Notes: generated by a model from the sequence alone, not told the origin. Positions 17,644-29,122 are shown, numbered from the stretch's first letter. The stretch: DNA of 30,900 nt from Thermoanaerobaculia bacterium (GCA_044226625.1 JBGAGQ010000072.1:1-30900); one strand, 5' to 3'. Program-made: numbers and translations.

Positions 17644-19620
17644 GTGAAGCCCGAAACCCGCAAACGCGCCTCCGTCGCCCTGGGCCTTTTCCTGCTCGCC
17701 GTCGTGCTGGCGGCGCTGGCCAACGCGGGAATTCCCTACGTCAGCTCGGCGGCCAAGGCGATCCTTGCCGCGGAGATCGTCCTCCTACTGGGCTGGATCG
17801 CCATCCGGGCCTACCGCGCTTTTCTCTGGCGGGTGGGCCGGCGCCTCGCCTTCTCGTACTTCCTGGTGGGGGTGCTGCCGATCCCCATGGTGCTGCTCGC
17901 CCTCGGCCTCGGCCTCTACATCCTTTCCGGCTTCTTCCTCGGCCACCTGTTTCGCGACGGCGCCCGGAAGCTCGCGTTCGAGCTGCGCCAGAGCGCCATC
18001 ATCGCGTTCCACGAGATGGCTCGGGGCGAGCGGCTCTCGACCTCGAAAGGGCAGGACCTGGTCTTCGGCTACTACCGGGACGGCAAGCGCTTCGAGGGCG
18101 ATCCGCGCACTCCCGCCGCCTGGCCGGGTTGGCTGGTCACGCCAAAGGCGCCGGAGCCCTCGGCGACGAGAAGCCGAGAGGAGACCAGCACCTTCGTCTC
18201 CCGTACGAACGGCGCTCCGACCTTCGCCGCCGCGGCGGGCGACGCCAAGAGCGGCGTGGTCGCCCTCTACGTCGGAGATCTCGAAGGGGAGCTCTCCGAA
18301 CGCAGCGATTTGTGGGTCGAGCTCTTCCGTCCCGAGGACGAACATCAAGACGCCGGTCTGTCGATCCAGGCCGGCGGTCGGACGATCAACCTCCAGCGCC
18401 TCCGCGAAGGGCCCGCGCTCGGCGAGGCGGCGAAGTTCTTCAAGGCGCGCTCGCGGGGGGAGAAATTCTGGGACGCCCCGTTCCTTCTCTGGGGCGAGTC
18501 GGCCGGCTCGCTCTTGGATCTCGAAACGGGCGCGCGGGCGGCGGACTACGTCGCGGTCCGGCTGCGGACGACGCCGAGGCTGATCCGGCTCCACTTCTTC
18601 TCCCCTTCGGCGGAGTTCGACGCCGCGGTCTGGGGCGGCCTGGTGATCGTCTTGTTCCTCCTGTTCGACGTCTACGTGGTCGCGGCGGTGATGGCGTCGG
18701 TCCTGATCTTCGGCATTTCGCGCGCGGTCAACCGCCTCTCGCGAGCCACCGCCGCGGTGCAGCAAGGCAACTTCGCGGTCCGCATCCCGGTCAAGCGGCG
18801 CGATCAGATCGGCGCGATGCAGCGCTCGTTCAACGAGATGGCGGCGAACCTCGAGCGCCTCGTGGCGGGCGCGGCCCAGAAGGAGCTGCTCGAAAAAGAG
18901 CTGGCGATCGCGCGCGACCTACAAAAGAGCCTGCTGCCCGCGGCGCTTCCCGCGAGCCGCGGCGTCGACTTCGCCACCCTGTTCGAGCCGAGCGCGGCGA
19001 TCGGCGGCGACTACTTCGACGTGCTGCCGCTCGGCAAGAACGGGGAAAACCAGCTCGCGGTGATGATCGCCGACGTTTCGGGGCACGGCCTCCACACGGG
19101 GCTCCGGATGGCGATGGTCAAGGCCGCCCTGCAGATCCTGATCGAGGAGACCGAAAAACCGGCCGAAATCATGCGCCGGCTCGACCGTGTCGTCCGAGGC
19201 GAGAGCGGCACCCGTTTCTTCGTCACCGCGACGCTCGCGCTGATCGACCTCGAAATGGGCGAAGTCCGGCTGACCAACGCGGGCCATCCGCCGACCTACC
19301 ACCTGCGCAACGGCAAGGTCCGGGAGGTCGTTCTTCCGGGCTCGCCGCTCGGGGTGATGCGGCAGTCCTATGGCGCCGAAACCTTGCGGCTCGAGCCGGG
19401 CGACGTCGTGGTCTGGCTCTCAGACGGCTTGATCGAGGCCTCGAACGCGGCCGACGAGCCGTTCGGCTACGACGGCGTGGCGCGCGCCCTCTCGGGTCCG
19501 GCGAACTCCGCCTCGGAAGTCCGCAGCCGCCTGCTCGCCGCGATCGCAGCCCATACCGCCGGACATCCGGCGGAGGACGATCGCACGCTCGTCGTCTTCC
19601 GCTACGCGCCCGAGGCTTGA
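17644..19620 (+). CDS. Membrane HAMP-PP2C (SpoIIE/RsbU-like) Ser/Thr phosphatase
   Basis: TMs, HAMP 'RRDQIGAMQRSFNEM', 'ARDLQKSLLP', 'GGDYFD', 'IADVSGHG', 'NAGHPP', 'SDGLIEA', 'EDDRT'. Confidence 0.92.
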   Translation: MKPETRKRASVALGLFLLAVVLAALANAGIPYVSSAAKAILAAEIVLLLGWIAIRAYRAFLWRVGRRLAFSYFLVGVLPIPMVLLALGLGLYILSGFFLGHLFRDGARKLAFELRQSAIIAFHEMARGERLSTSKGQDLVFGYYRDGKRFEGDPRTPAAWPGWLVTPKAPEPSATRSREETSTFVSRTNGAPTFAAAAGDAKSGVVALYVGDLEGELSERSDLWVELFRPEDEHQDAGLSIQAGGRTINLQRLREGPALGEAAKFFKARSRGEKFWDAPFLLWGESAGSLLDLETGARAADYVAVRLRTTPRLIRLHFFSPSAEFDAAVWGGLVIVLFLLFDVYVVAAVMASVLIFGISRAVNRLSRATAAVQQGNFAVRIPVKRRDQIGAMQRSFNEMAANLERLVAGAAQKELLEKELAIARDLQKSLLPAALPASRGVDFATLFEPSAAIGGDYFDVLPLGKNGENQLAVMIADVSGHGLHTGLRMAMVKAALQILIEETEKPAEIMRRLDRVVRGESGTRFFVTATLALIDLEMGEVRLTNAGHPPTYHLRNGKVREVVLPGSPLGVMRQSYGAETLRLEPGDVVVWLSDGLIEASNAADEPFGYDGVARALSGPANSASEVRSRLLAAIAAHTAGHPAEDDRTLVVFRYAPEA

Positions 19621-20597
19621 GCCGCTCCGATCGACCAGCGCTCCTCGGCGAGGTCGGCCACTTCGCTCGCGCATCCCCAGGAGAGGGTCATACCCGAGCC
19701 GCCGTGCCCGTAGTTGTGGATCACCGCGCGCCCTTCCCCCCGCTCTTCGATCTCGAGCCGGATCGCGGTGCGGCCGGGGCGTAGACCGACGCGGGTCGCA
19801 AGGATCCTCCCTTCCGCGAGGGCCGGAACGAGGCGCGTGCAACGGGCGAGGATCCCCTCGGTCGCTTCGGCCTCGGGAACGAGATCCTCGACTCCCGGCT
19901 CGACCGTCCCGCCGAGCACGACGTCGCGCGAGCGCGGGATCACGTAGGCGACGCCATCCGGGCCCTTTTCGTCGAGGTACCAGCTGCCGAGATCGACGTC
20001 GGTCATCAGGACCAGCTGCCCCCGCACGGGGAAGACCTCGCCGTCGTCGCACAGCTCGCGAGCGCCCAGCCCGGTGCAGTTGACCACCCGTTCGCTCTCG
20101 GCGAAAGCCTCGTCGAGCGAGGCGATCTCGCGGCGCCGGAGGCGGCCTCCGAGCGAGGCGAAGCGGCGTTCGAGATAGCCGAGATAGAGGGGCATCTCGG
20201 CGATCGGCGCGGTGAAGACCTCGCCCCGCCGGCCGGACGGAAGCTCGTCTTCGAGCGTCCCGCGCACGACGCCCACCGCGGGCCGCCAGGTGGGCTCGTC
20301 GGTGCGCTCCGGATCGCAGAGCACCCCCTCGCGCATCGTCACGCCACTCGCCGGTTCCGCGGCGATCTGTGCCAGCCGCACGTAGGTCTCGAGCGCCCAG
20401 GCGCCCACCCGATCGGCCGGGGCGGCGTGAAACGGAAACCAGACCGCGCCCGCCACCGCCGAGGTGGTCGCGGCGGGCGGGTCGCGAGCCCAGATTTCGA
20501 CCTGGTAGCCGCGCTCCAGCAACTCGATGGCGACGCTCAAACCCGAGACCCCGGCGCCGAGCACCACGACGGGCGGAACGGAGGGATTCACGATCAT
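19602..20597 (-). CDS. D-amino acid oxidase family FAD oxidoreductase
   Basis: 'VLGAGVSG', 'TTSAVAGAVW', 'VNCTGLGA', 'PVRGQ', 'GLRPGR', 'HNYGHGGSGMTLSWG'. Confidence 0.9.
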   Translation of the reverse strand: MIVNPSVPPVVVLGAGVSGLSVAIELLERGYQVEIWARDPPAATTSAVAGAVWFPFHAAPADRVGAWALETYVRLAQIAAEPASGVTMREGVLCDPERTDEPTWRPAVGVVRGTLEDELPSGRRGEVFTAPIAEMPLYLGYLERRFASLGGRLRRREIASLDEAFAESERVVNCTGLGARELCDDGEVFPVRGQLVLMTDVDLGSWYLDEKGPDGVAYVIPRSRDVVLGGTVEPGVEDLVPEAEATEGILARCTRLVPALAEGRILATRVGLRPGRTAIRLEIEERGEGRAVIHNYGHGGSGMTLSWGCASEVADLAEERWSIGAAQASGA

Positions 20598-20604
20598 CCG
20601 GCGA

Positions 20605-23259
20605 TTATCTACCGCATCGTGTGCGCGCCGCCCTCCACTCCTCGATCTCTTCGGCGTCCGGGCGAACCGTCCCTTCCGCGCGCGCCGCGAGGCCGATCGC
20701 CCGGTCGAGCAGGGCGCGCCCCTCCCGCTTCCGCCTCTCCGCTCCCGCGCACAGGAGCTCGCCGAGCCGCGCCTCCGCCCGTGCGAGGTCGGGGTGCGAA
20801 GGATCGTGCACCTCCCGACGGATCGCTAGCGCGCGCCGCAGGTGGGACTCTTGGGCCGCGGGGTGTCGAAGCCTCTCCTCGATGTCGGCCAGGTCGCCAT
20901 AGCTCTGGGCCACTTCCCAGTGTTTCTCTCCGCGAGTCTCCAGGCGGATCTCGAGCGCCTTCTGGTATTGGGCGCGCGCCGCCTCCGGATGACGGAGCGC
21001 GATCTCCACCGCCGCCAGGCCGCGCATGGGCCAGGCCGCGGTGGGGTGCCGCCCGTAGCGCTTGAGGGCGGCATCGACCGACTGCTGGAACGCGACCCTC
21101 GCGTCGCGTGGACGATCGAGATCCATGTAGACCCAGCCCAGGACGTTCCGGTGGATCGACTCTCCGACGTAACCCTTGCCGTGGATGCGCTCCGACAGCC
21201 GGATCGATTCTTCGACCGCGCGCAAGGCCTCCGGGAAACTCCCCTGCTTCTGGCGGATCTCGGCGAGGTTCACCAACGACGCGGCATAGCGAGCGCTCTC
21301 GCGGCCGTACGCCTTGGCGAAGACCGCCAAGGATTTCTCCGTCGCCGCGGCCGCCCCTTGCCAGTCGTCCATGCGAAACAGGAGCAGGCCGTAGTTGCCC
21401 CAGGCCTTGCCGGATTCGCCGCTCTCCGGGCCGAGGGTCCCGGCGAGGATTGAAAGGCTCTCCTCGAAGGCCTTTTTGGCGAGCGCGAACTCACCGAGAG
21501 ATTTCAACGTGTTGCCGTACTGGCTGAGCATGACGCCCACCTTCGCGTGACGCGGGCCGAGGGCGATTCGCCGGGCGGGCAGCGCTTCCTCGTAGATCGC
21601 CAGCGATTCGCGATCGCGCCCCTGGGCGTGACGGATCAGCGCGAGGACCGCTTTGGCCCCCGACGTCGTCGCGTGGTTCGGCCCCAAACGCCGTTCGAGC
21701 TCGGGGATCGAAGGCTCGATCAGCTTCTCCGCCCGATCGAGATCGCCCATCTGGGTCCAGATGCCGCCGAGCAGCACGTGCATCCGCGCCCGCATCTCGG
21801 GCTCCGCCGCGAGAGCCGTCTCGACGCTCCGCGCGCCGCGCTCGAGGATCTCCGTGCCGGACAGAGGGCGGTCGGCCTGATCGGACGGATTGGCGGCATC
21901 GAAGATCGAGGCGACCAGGTCGGCGACGCGCGCAGAGGTCTCGGCCTCACGGCGCGCCTGCTGGGCCGCGGCGTTGGCGCGGTCGCGCTCACGCCCGAGC
22001 TGCCGGACATGAACCGCGAGGCCGGTGGCGGCCGACAAGGTGACGATCAAGGCCGCGAGCGAGGCGACCCGGTGGCGCTTCAGGAGCTTCGCTGCGCGGT
22101 AGGGCCAGGAGGCGGGCCGCGCCCCGACCGGACGCCCTTCGAGGTAGAGGCTCAGATCCTCGGCCAAGGCGGCCACCGACCGGTAGCGCTCCGCCGCGTC
22201 CGAGCGGAGCGCCTTCATCACGATCGCGTCCAGATCGCCCGCCACGGCGCGCGGATCGCCCCCCTCCTCGCCAGATTCTCGGAGCTTGGCGAGCGCTTCG
22301 CTCGGCGGCGCCAACTGGATCTCTCGATAACCCCGTTCGAGCTCGCCGCCGGCGGTCGAAGGCTCGTGCGGACGTTTCCCGACCAACAGCTCATAGAGCA
22401 CGACGCCGAGCGAAAAGACGTCGGTCGAAGTCGTGACCCTCTCGCCGCGGATCTGCTCGGGGCTCGCATAGGCGGGGGTCAAAGCGCGCAGGAGGGTGGC
22501 GTTTTCGAGATCCGCACCCTCGAGCTCTGGGTCCAGCAGGGCGGCGATGCCGAAGTCGAGCAGCTTCGGATGGCCGGCGAGCGACACCATGATGTTCGCC
22601 GGTTTGAGATCGCGATGGACGATCAGGTTCTGGTGCGCGTAACTCACCGCGGCGAGGACCCGCAGGAAAAGGCGCAGGCGATCCGGAATCGAGGCACCTC
22701 GCCCCTGGCAATAGGTGAGTAGATCGGTCCCCTCGACGTACTCCATTGCGAGGAACGCGAACCCGCCTTCGGTTCGTCCGGCGGCGTAGAGGCGGGCGAT
22801 TCCGGGGTGCTCCAGCCCGGCGAGGATCCGCTTTTCGGCCTCGAATCGCTGCAGGAACCGATTCGCCTCGACGCCGCCGATGACTTTTAGGGCGACGCGA
22901 CGTTCGATCCCGTCGAGATCCTGGACGGCGAGATAGACCCACGACGAGCCGCCGCGCCCGACCAGGCGGTCCACCCGATAACCGGGAACCTCGATCCGGC
23001 CGTCGGAGACCGCGAGCGCCGCCGGAGCGTCCAACGGAGAGCGGGAACGGTCGGCGTGGCCCAACAGCACGGACAGCTCGTGGGCGAGATCCGGTTCCCC
23101 CCGGGCGAGCGCCGCGAGGCGCTCCTCCCGGGTCGCGGGATCGACCTCGGACAGCTCGTCGAAAAGGTCCCGCAGCCTCCGAAAGGAGCGCGCGGCGGTC
23201 CCTGGATCCTTCGGCTGGCGCGGATCGATCCGCAACGTAACGCCGAGGCTCATCGCCAT
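20605..23259 (-). CDS. Hanks-type Ser/Thr protein kinase with TM and C-terminal TPR repeats
   Basis: 'GRGGSSWVY', 'VALK', 'HRDLKPANI', 'LLDFGIA', 'TPAYASPEQ', 'DVFSLG'; TPR 'LGPxH' units; AGGAGG before ATG 23259. Confidence 0.93.
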   Translation of the reverse strand: MAMSLGVTLRIDPRQPKDPGTAARSFRRLRDLFDELSEVDPATREERLAALARGEPDLAHELSVLLGHADRSRSPLDAPAALAVSDGRIEVPGYRVDRLVGRGGSSWVYLAVQDLDGIERRVALKVIGGVEANRFLQRFEAEKRILAGLEHPGIARLYAAGRTEGGFAFLAMEYVEGTDLLTYCQGRGASIPDRLRLFLRVLAAVSYAHQNLIVHRDLKPANIMVSLAGHPKLLDFGIAALLDPELEGADLENATLLRALTPAYASPEQIRGERVTTSTDVFSLGVVLYELLVGKRPHEPSTAGGELERGYREIQLAPPSEALAKLRESGEEGGDPRAVAGDLDAIVMKALRSDAAERYRSVAALAEDLSLYLEGRPVGARPASWPYRAAKLLKRHRVASLAALIVTLSAATGLAVHVRQLGRERDRANAAAQQARREAETSARVADLVASIFDAANPSDQADRPLSGTEILERGARSVETALAAEPEMRARMHVLLGGIWTQMGDLDRAEKLIEPSIPELERRLGPNHATTSGAKAVLALIRHAQGRDRESLAIYEEALPARRIALGPRHAKVGVMLSQYGNTLKSLGEFALAKKAFEESLSILAGTLGPESGESGKAWGNYGLLLFRMDDWQGAAAATEKSLAVFAKAYGRESARYAASLVNLAEIRQKQGSFPEALRAVEESIRLSERIHGKGYVGESIHRNVLGWVYMDLDRPRDARVAFQQSVDAALKRYGRHPTAAWPMRGLAAVEIALRHPEAARAQYQKALEIRLETRGEKHWEVAQSYGDLADIEERLRHPAAQESHLRRALAIRREVHDPSHPDLARAEARLGELLCAGAERRKREGRALLDRAIGLAARAEGTVRPDAEEIEEWRAARTRCGR

Positions 23260-23350
23260 CGACCTCCTGGAACCTCGATCGAGGGTTCTCTTCGGCAATG
23301 GCGTAAGACGCTACAACAGCGGGCCACCCAACGGCCGGTTCTGCCCGCCT

Positions 23351-24765
<1,415 letters not shown>

Positions 24766-24769
<4 letters not shown>

Positions 24770-26004
24770 CCTGTCTCCTCAAGGCGCGGCAGGACGAGGC
24801 GGAAGCGCGCGCCGCCCGGACCGCTTTCGACCAGCTCCAGATCGCCGCCGTGATCGAGCAGGATCTTGCGCGAAATCGCCAGGCCGAGCCCCATGCCCTC
24901 GCCCGCGGGCCGGCCCGACACATAGGGCTCGAACAGGCGCGGAACGATCTCCGGTGTGACGCCCGGACCATCGTCCGCCACGTCCACGAACGCGCCCGAC
25001 GGGCCCTCGCCAACGATCCACGAGACCCGGCAGCGGCATCCGGCGCAGGGGCTCCCGACGCTGCCCACGTTCTCACCGGTCGCGGCGGTCGCGGCGGTCG
25101 CGGCGTTTTCGGCAAGATTCACCCACACCTGGCGGATCATCTCTCGATCGACGGAGACGAAGACCGGCCGGTCCGGCCGGTCGACGCGGAGGTCGAGGCT
25201 CGGCCAAGCGCGCGCGAATAGCTCGACGAATTCGGCCGCGAGCGCGCCAAGATCCTCGCGCCGAAGAGTCGGCCGAGGGATCCGGGCGAAGGCGGAGAAG
25301 CCCTCGGTGAACCGCTCGAGGCGATCGACCTCGGACTCGACGCTCGCCAAACGCGAAACCGCCTCGGGACTCTCGGCCACCCCGCGCAGCTGAGCCAGCT
25401 CCAGGCGGGCGACCGTGAGGGGAGTCCTCATCTCGTGCGCGTGGCGCCGCGCCGCCTCTTGCCAGACCGAAAGGTTTTCGAGCGAGGCGATGCGCCGGCG
25501 CGCCCGCGCCATCGTGCGGGAGATCTCCTCGACCATCCCCGCGACTCGGCCGATCGGGTCGCGGCCCGAGACGCCGACCGTGAGATCGGTGGTACCGGCG
25601 GCCAGCTCGGCAAGCGCCCCTCGAAGGCGGACGAGCCGACGCTCCTCCCGGGCCGCTCGCCAAGCTTGGGCGATTGCGAGAGCGCCGAGCGCGGCCAGGA
25701 AGAGCACCGAGAGGGCGAGCTCGTACCGGCGCGCGATCTCGCCCCGGCTCAGCTCGAGGACGCGTAAGTTGCCGAGCAGCGCCTCGATCCTCTCGAAGCG
25801 CCGCCGGAAGTCGGAGCTCCTCTCGGGCTCCGAGCGCGCCAACCGCTTCTGGTCGGCCATCGACGCCTCGAGCTCCGCGAGGACCTCCGGATGAACTCCG
25901 AACGCGAGCCACGATCCGGAGATCTCTTGCTGGAACAGGTGAAACAGGAGCAGCGCCGCGGCGGCGAGGAGCACGAACGTCGCGAGCGGCGCCTTCCAAT
26001 TCAC
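24766..26004 (-). CDS. Sensor histidine kinase (NtrY-like; 2 TM, HAMP, HisKA, HATPase)
   Basis: 'WQEAARRHAHEMRTPLT', 'NLAENA', 'DDGPG', 'LFEPY', 'GMGLGL'; GTG 26004 overlaps the upstream stop. Confidence 0.92.
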
Positions 26005-26687
26005 CGCGGAGCCTCCGGCTTGAAGTCCACCGTCCAATCGTAGCGGACCAGGCTTCGGCGTTTGATCGAGCTGCCGAGAAAGAGGTCGAGCACTCGGTTG
26101 GAACCCGCGTCGGTCGCGGGCTCGGCTGCCCGCCCGGGAGAGGGTAAGCCCGGCGCCGGGCGCACGGCGATCGAATCGTTGAGCCACTTCTGGGCGTCGC
26201 GCTGCTCGGACTGGGAAAACGGCACGACGGAGAGTGCGACCGCCACCCGCCAAGGACCGGCGGTACGATCGGCGGAGCCCGCCGAAGCGATGGGCAAGCG
26301 CACACCTCGCCAGGCCGCCTGTAGCTCCTCGAAGGAGCGCGCCGCGGGAGCGTAGCGGGCTCCCCCGGCGCCATAGAGCCGGATCAGATAGACCTCGTCC
26401 CACAGCTCGTAGCGGACGTCGATGCGGCCGGCGCCCCGGAAGGAACGTCCGCGCGCGTCGATCACCTCGACGTCGAGGACGAAGCTCGTCGTGAGCCCGG
26501 AGCCGAGATGCGGGCGCACCTCCTCGCGCGAGAGGATCTCGGGTAGGGCAACCAAGGTGAGCACCCCGTCGCGCGAAAGCTCGAACCGAGGAACGGCCGG
26601 AGCGCCCGCAGCGGAGGCTGCGCCTGTCCCCAGGGCGAGTAGGAAAATCGAACAGCAGGTGAGAAGGCCGGCCCCGAGCCCCCTCAC
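26001..26687 (-). CDS. Exported hypothetical protein, DUF4390-like
   Basis: Signal peptide; 'HLGSGLTTSFVL', 'VRYELWDEVYL' resemble DUF4390 proteins; 4-bp overlaps with both neighbours. Confidence 0.65.
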   Translation of the reverse strand: MRGLGAGLLTCCSIFLLALGTGAASAAGAPAVPRFELSRDGVLTLVALPEILSREEVRPHLGSGLTTSFVLDVEVIDARGRSFRGAGRIDVRYELWDEVYLIRLYGAGGARYAPAARSFEELQAAWRGVRLPIASAGSADRTAGPWRVAVALSVVPFSQSEQRDAQKWLNDSIAVRPAPGLPSPGRAAEPATDAGSNRVLDLFLGSSIKRRSLVRYDWTVDFKPEAPR

Positions 26688-27883
26688 GGGACGAACCCCT
26701 GCCGATGAGAGTTGTTCAAATAGAAGATAGAAAGACGGACCGAGCCTTGCGGACGGCGATAGGTGAGGCTCGTCTCGAAGCTCAGTGAGCGCTCCGATAT
26801 GCCGGAATCGGTTCCTGCGTTCGAGACGAACCAGTGGGTCTCGGCGCCGAAGCGCAGATCGTTACGTGGCTCGCCCACCCGCGATCGCAAGAGATCCCAG
26901 GAGTATCCGAGGGTCGCAGACGCCGACTGGTAGGAAGCCCGGAGTCGCGATCCCTCGAACGTAGATCTGAAATCCAAATGCCCCGCGGCGATCTCCGCCC
27001 CCAGCGAATGGCCCGCAGCCAGCGGCCAGTATCGGCGCGCGAGCGCGCTCGCCGTCCATGTCCGGCTGCTCGAACCAGAGAACCTCGAGGACCCAAAGCC
27101 AGTGGAGATCGAATATCTCTCGCCTCGGGTGGGTAGCAGCGGGTCGTCCGTGGAGTCGGAAACCCATTCGAGCGAGCCGCCCCAATCGTTGAACAGGTCG
27201 GAATGAAAGTACGTCGTGGTCGCGCGAACGGACTGGCTCACACTTAGCGGCTTGCCTCCCGAGAGCGCGACGCCGATCGACCCGTCATGAGTGTCGAGGT
27301 TGGAGCTCACCGCCGCGGAGAGGAAACTCCCCGGGCCGAAGAGGTGGAACTGGGTGTAGCCCACCTGGATGTTGTCGAGACGGTCGATTGATCCAAAGGC
27401 ATATCCGCCAGAGCCGACGAACTGCCGGGCTCCGATCGTGCCGAAATAGTTAAGGTCCCCTCCGCCCGGCTCACCTCGCTCCCAGCCCGTGTTGGCCGAG
27501 AGGTCGGCGAAGATCGAGGACGCCATCTCGATCCGGACCACGAGCGCGTAGCGGCCGCGCTCGCTACCCTTGCGCAAGGAGAAATCGGCGTCGACGACGA
27601 ACGGCAGCCGCCGGACCCGATAGATCGCGAGGCGAAGCTGATCCTCGTCGACCGTCGATCCCGGCTCGACGCGCGTTTCCTTCGCCACGATGTCGCGCGT
27701 CGCGGCCCGTTCGATCCCCTCGACGACGATCGACTCGATGAGGAAACGGGCCGGCTCGTCGAGAGCAGGCTCTTGGGACCGACCGGCGGAAGGAATCGCC
27801 AAAAAAAGGAGAAAGAGAAGGGCGAGCCAACTCGCCGTTCGAAGCCTTCGGTCTGGAGAGGTAAAGGAGTCTTTCCGAGTCAC
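26684..27883 (-). CDS. Omp85/BamA-TamA-like outer-membrane protein (one POTRA domain plus short beta-barrel)
   Basis: Signal peptide; POTRA pattern 'IESIVVEGIE..TRDIVAKE..VEPG...L..AIYRVRRLPF'; 'DSTDDPLLPTRG' motif; alternating amphipathic strands; start uncertain. Confidence 0.7.
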   Translation of the reverse strand: MTRKDSFTSPDRRLRTASWLALLFLLFLAIPSAGRSQEPALDEPARFLIESIVVEGIERAATRDIVAKETRVEPGSTVDEDQLRLAIYRVRRLPFVVDADFSLRKGSERGRYALVVRIEMASSIFADLSANTGWERGEPGGGDLNYFGTIGARQFVGSGGYAFGSIDRLDNIQVGYTQFHLFGPGSFLSAAVSSNLDTHDGSIGVALSGGKPLSVSQSVRATTTYFHSDLFNDWGGSLEWVSDSTDDPLLPTRGERYSISTGFGSSRFSGSSSRTWTASALARRYWPLAAGHSLGAEIAAGHLDFRSTFEGSRLRASYQSASATLGYSWDLLRSRVGEPRNDLRFGAETHWFVSNAGTDSGISERSLSFETSLTYRRPQGSVRLSIFYLNNSHRQGFVP

Positions 27884-27946
27884 GACGCGATCTCCCGATG
27901 TCGAATCCGCAGCGATAGGCCGCGGGTTTCACACCCTCGAGACTTC

Positions 27947-27962
27947 GCAACCGGGGTGCCCA
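27947..27962 (-). promoter_or_regulatory. Putative sigma-54 -24/-12 promoter
   Basis: Minus strand TGGGCACCCCGGTTGC: GGCAC-N5-TTGC, about 65 bp before the operon start. Confidence 0.7.
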
Positions 27963-27988
27963 ACCGTTGAAACGGAGAACGATCGACC

Positions 27989-28014
27989 TAAGGCATTAAG
28001 AACAAGAAACTTAT
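27989..28014. promoter_or_regulatory. AT-rich IHF-like site
   Basis: Minus strand TCTTAATGCCTTA matches 7 of 9 defined positions of WATCAANNNNTTR, inside a strongly AT-rich tract between promoter and palindromes. Confidence 0.45.
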
Positions 28015-28056
28015 CTCGAAGAGGCCAAAACCCGTGGAAGGCGTGACGGAGTGTTT

Positions 28057-28098
28057 CGTCGGGGGAAACCGACGCCTGGCCGTCGGATAAAACCGACG
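28057..28098. promoter_or_regulatory. Two tandem palindromes CGTCGG-N6-CCGACG, candidate upstream activator sites
   Basis: cgtcgg-gggaaa-ccgacg (28057-28074) and cgtcgg-ataaaa-ccgacg (28081-28098), 24 bp apart. Confidence 0.6.
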
Positions 28099-28114
28099 CC
28101 TATCGAGGATCGGG

Positions 28115-29122
28115 TCACGCGCGCGCGGCGTGCCGAGCCGCCCAGGCGATCGCTCCTTCGACGATGCCGGCGACCTCCGCCGGCCGGAAGCGCGCGGAGG
28201 CGGCGATTCCGGCTCGCCGGGCGCGGAGCCAGGCGCGCCGATCCCGCAGCAGCTTCTCCGCGGCATCGGCCATCGCCCGGTCGTCTCCCGGAGCGACCAG
28301 CGCCGCGGCTCCCGTGGCGAAGCCGCGGATCGACGGAATCGCCGAAGCGACGGCCGGCGTTCCCGCCGCCATCGCCTCGAGCAGTGGCAGGCCGAAGCCT
28401 TCCCCTTCCCTGGAAGGCAGCAGGAGGAGGTCCGCCGCGCGAACTTCGGCGGCGATCTGCTCCGGGGGTACTTCGCAGAGGTAGCGGTCGGGCGCGAGCG
28501 TGTTGCGCTCGTCCTCGTTCAGGGGAAGGATCGAGAACCGGAGGAGCCGCACGGGGAGCCCTCGCTCCCGCAGACGCGCGACCGCCCCGAGCGCCGTCCT
28601 CACCCCTTTGACCGGCGCAGCGAAGATACCGGGGACGGCGACCCAGGGAACGCCGCTCGGCCCCGGGCGACGATCGGGGGTGAAGCGCGAATCGAGCGAA
28701 GGCGGAGCGATCGCCGCCTGCCGCCCGAACCGCTCACGCAGAAAAGGGGCGAGGTGCGGCGAAACGACCAACGTCGGCAGCGGCTCGCGATAGATCGCCT
28801 CGATCTCGCCGAGTCGCGGCGCGAGATGCTCGAGCGCCCCCTCGTACCCCTGGCAGAAATGGGCGACCGGACCGAGATCGAGCTCGAGGGCGGGCCGCAC
28901 CGTGGTCCAGAACGTCGCCACCACGAGGTCGAAGCGATCGGCCGGCGCCTCCCCACGGGCGCGGTCGAGGTAGGCGCCGCCGTAGGCGATCCAAGCCGGC
29001 AACGCGCCCTCCGCCGAGATCGCAACCTCGTGCCCCAGCCCGCGCAAGAGCTCGGCGTGCTGGAACACGACTTTGTTCCCGCCGTTCAGCTCCGGGTGCG
29101 GGAGGACGTAGAGGAGCTTCAC
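28115..29122 (-). CDS. Glycosyltransferase family 4
   Basis: 'LPHPELNGGNKVVFQHA', 'VVATFWTT', 'HFCQGYE', 'EGFGLPLLEAMAAG'; GTG 29122 overlaps the upstream stop. Confidence 0.9.
   Translation of the reverse strand: MKLLYVLPHPELNGGNKVVFQHAELLRGLGHEVAISAEGALPAWIAYGGAYLDRARGEAPADRFDLVVATFWTTVRPALELDLGPVAHFCQGYEGALEHLAPRLGEIEAIYREPLPTLVVSPHLAPFLRERFGRQAAIAPPSLDSRFTPDRRPGPSGVPWVAVPGIFAAPVKGVRTALGAVARLRERGLPVRLLRFSILPLNEDERNTLAPDRYLCEVPPEQIAAEVRAADLLLLPSREGEGFGLPLLEAMAAGTPAVASAIPSIRGFATGAAALVAPGDDRAMADAAEKLLRDRRAWLRARRAGIAASARFRPAEVAGIVEGAIAWAARHAARA

Noticed and set aside
23305-23330. Possible sigma-54 promoter before the kinase (TGGCCCGCTGTTGTA)
   Set aside because: Lacks GC at -12 with the correct spacing
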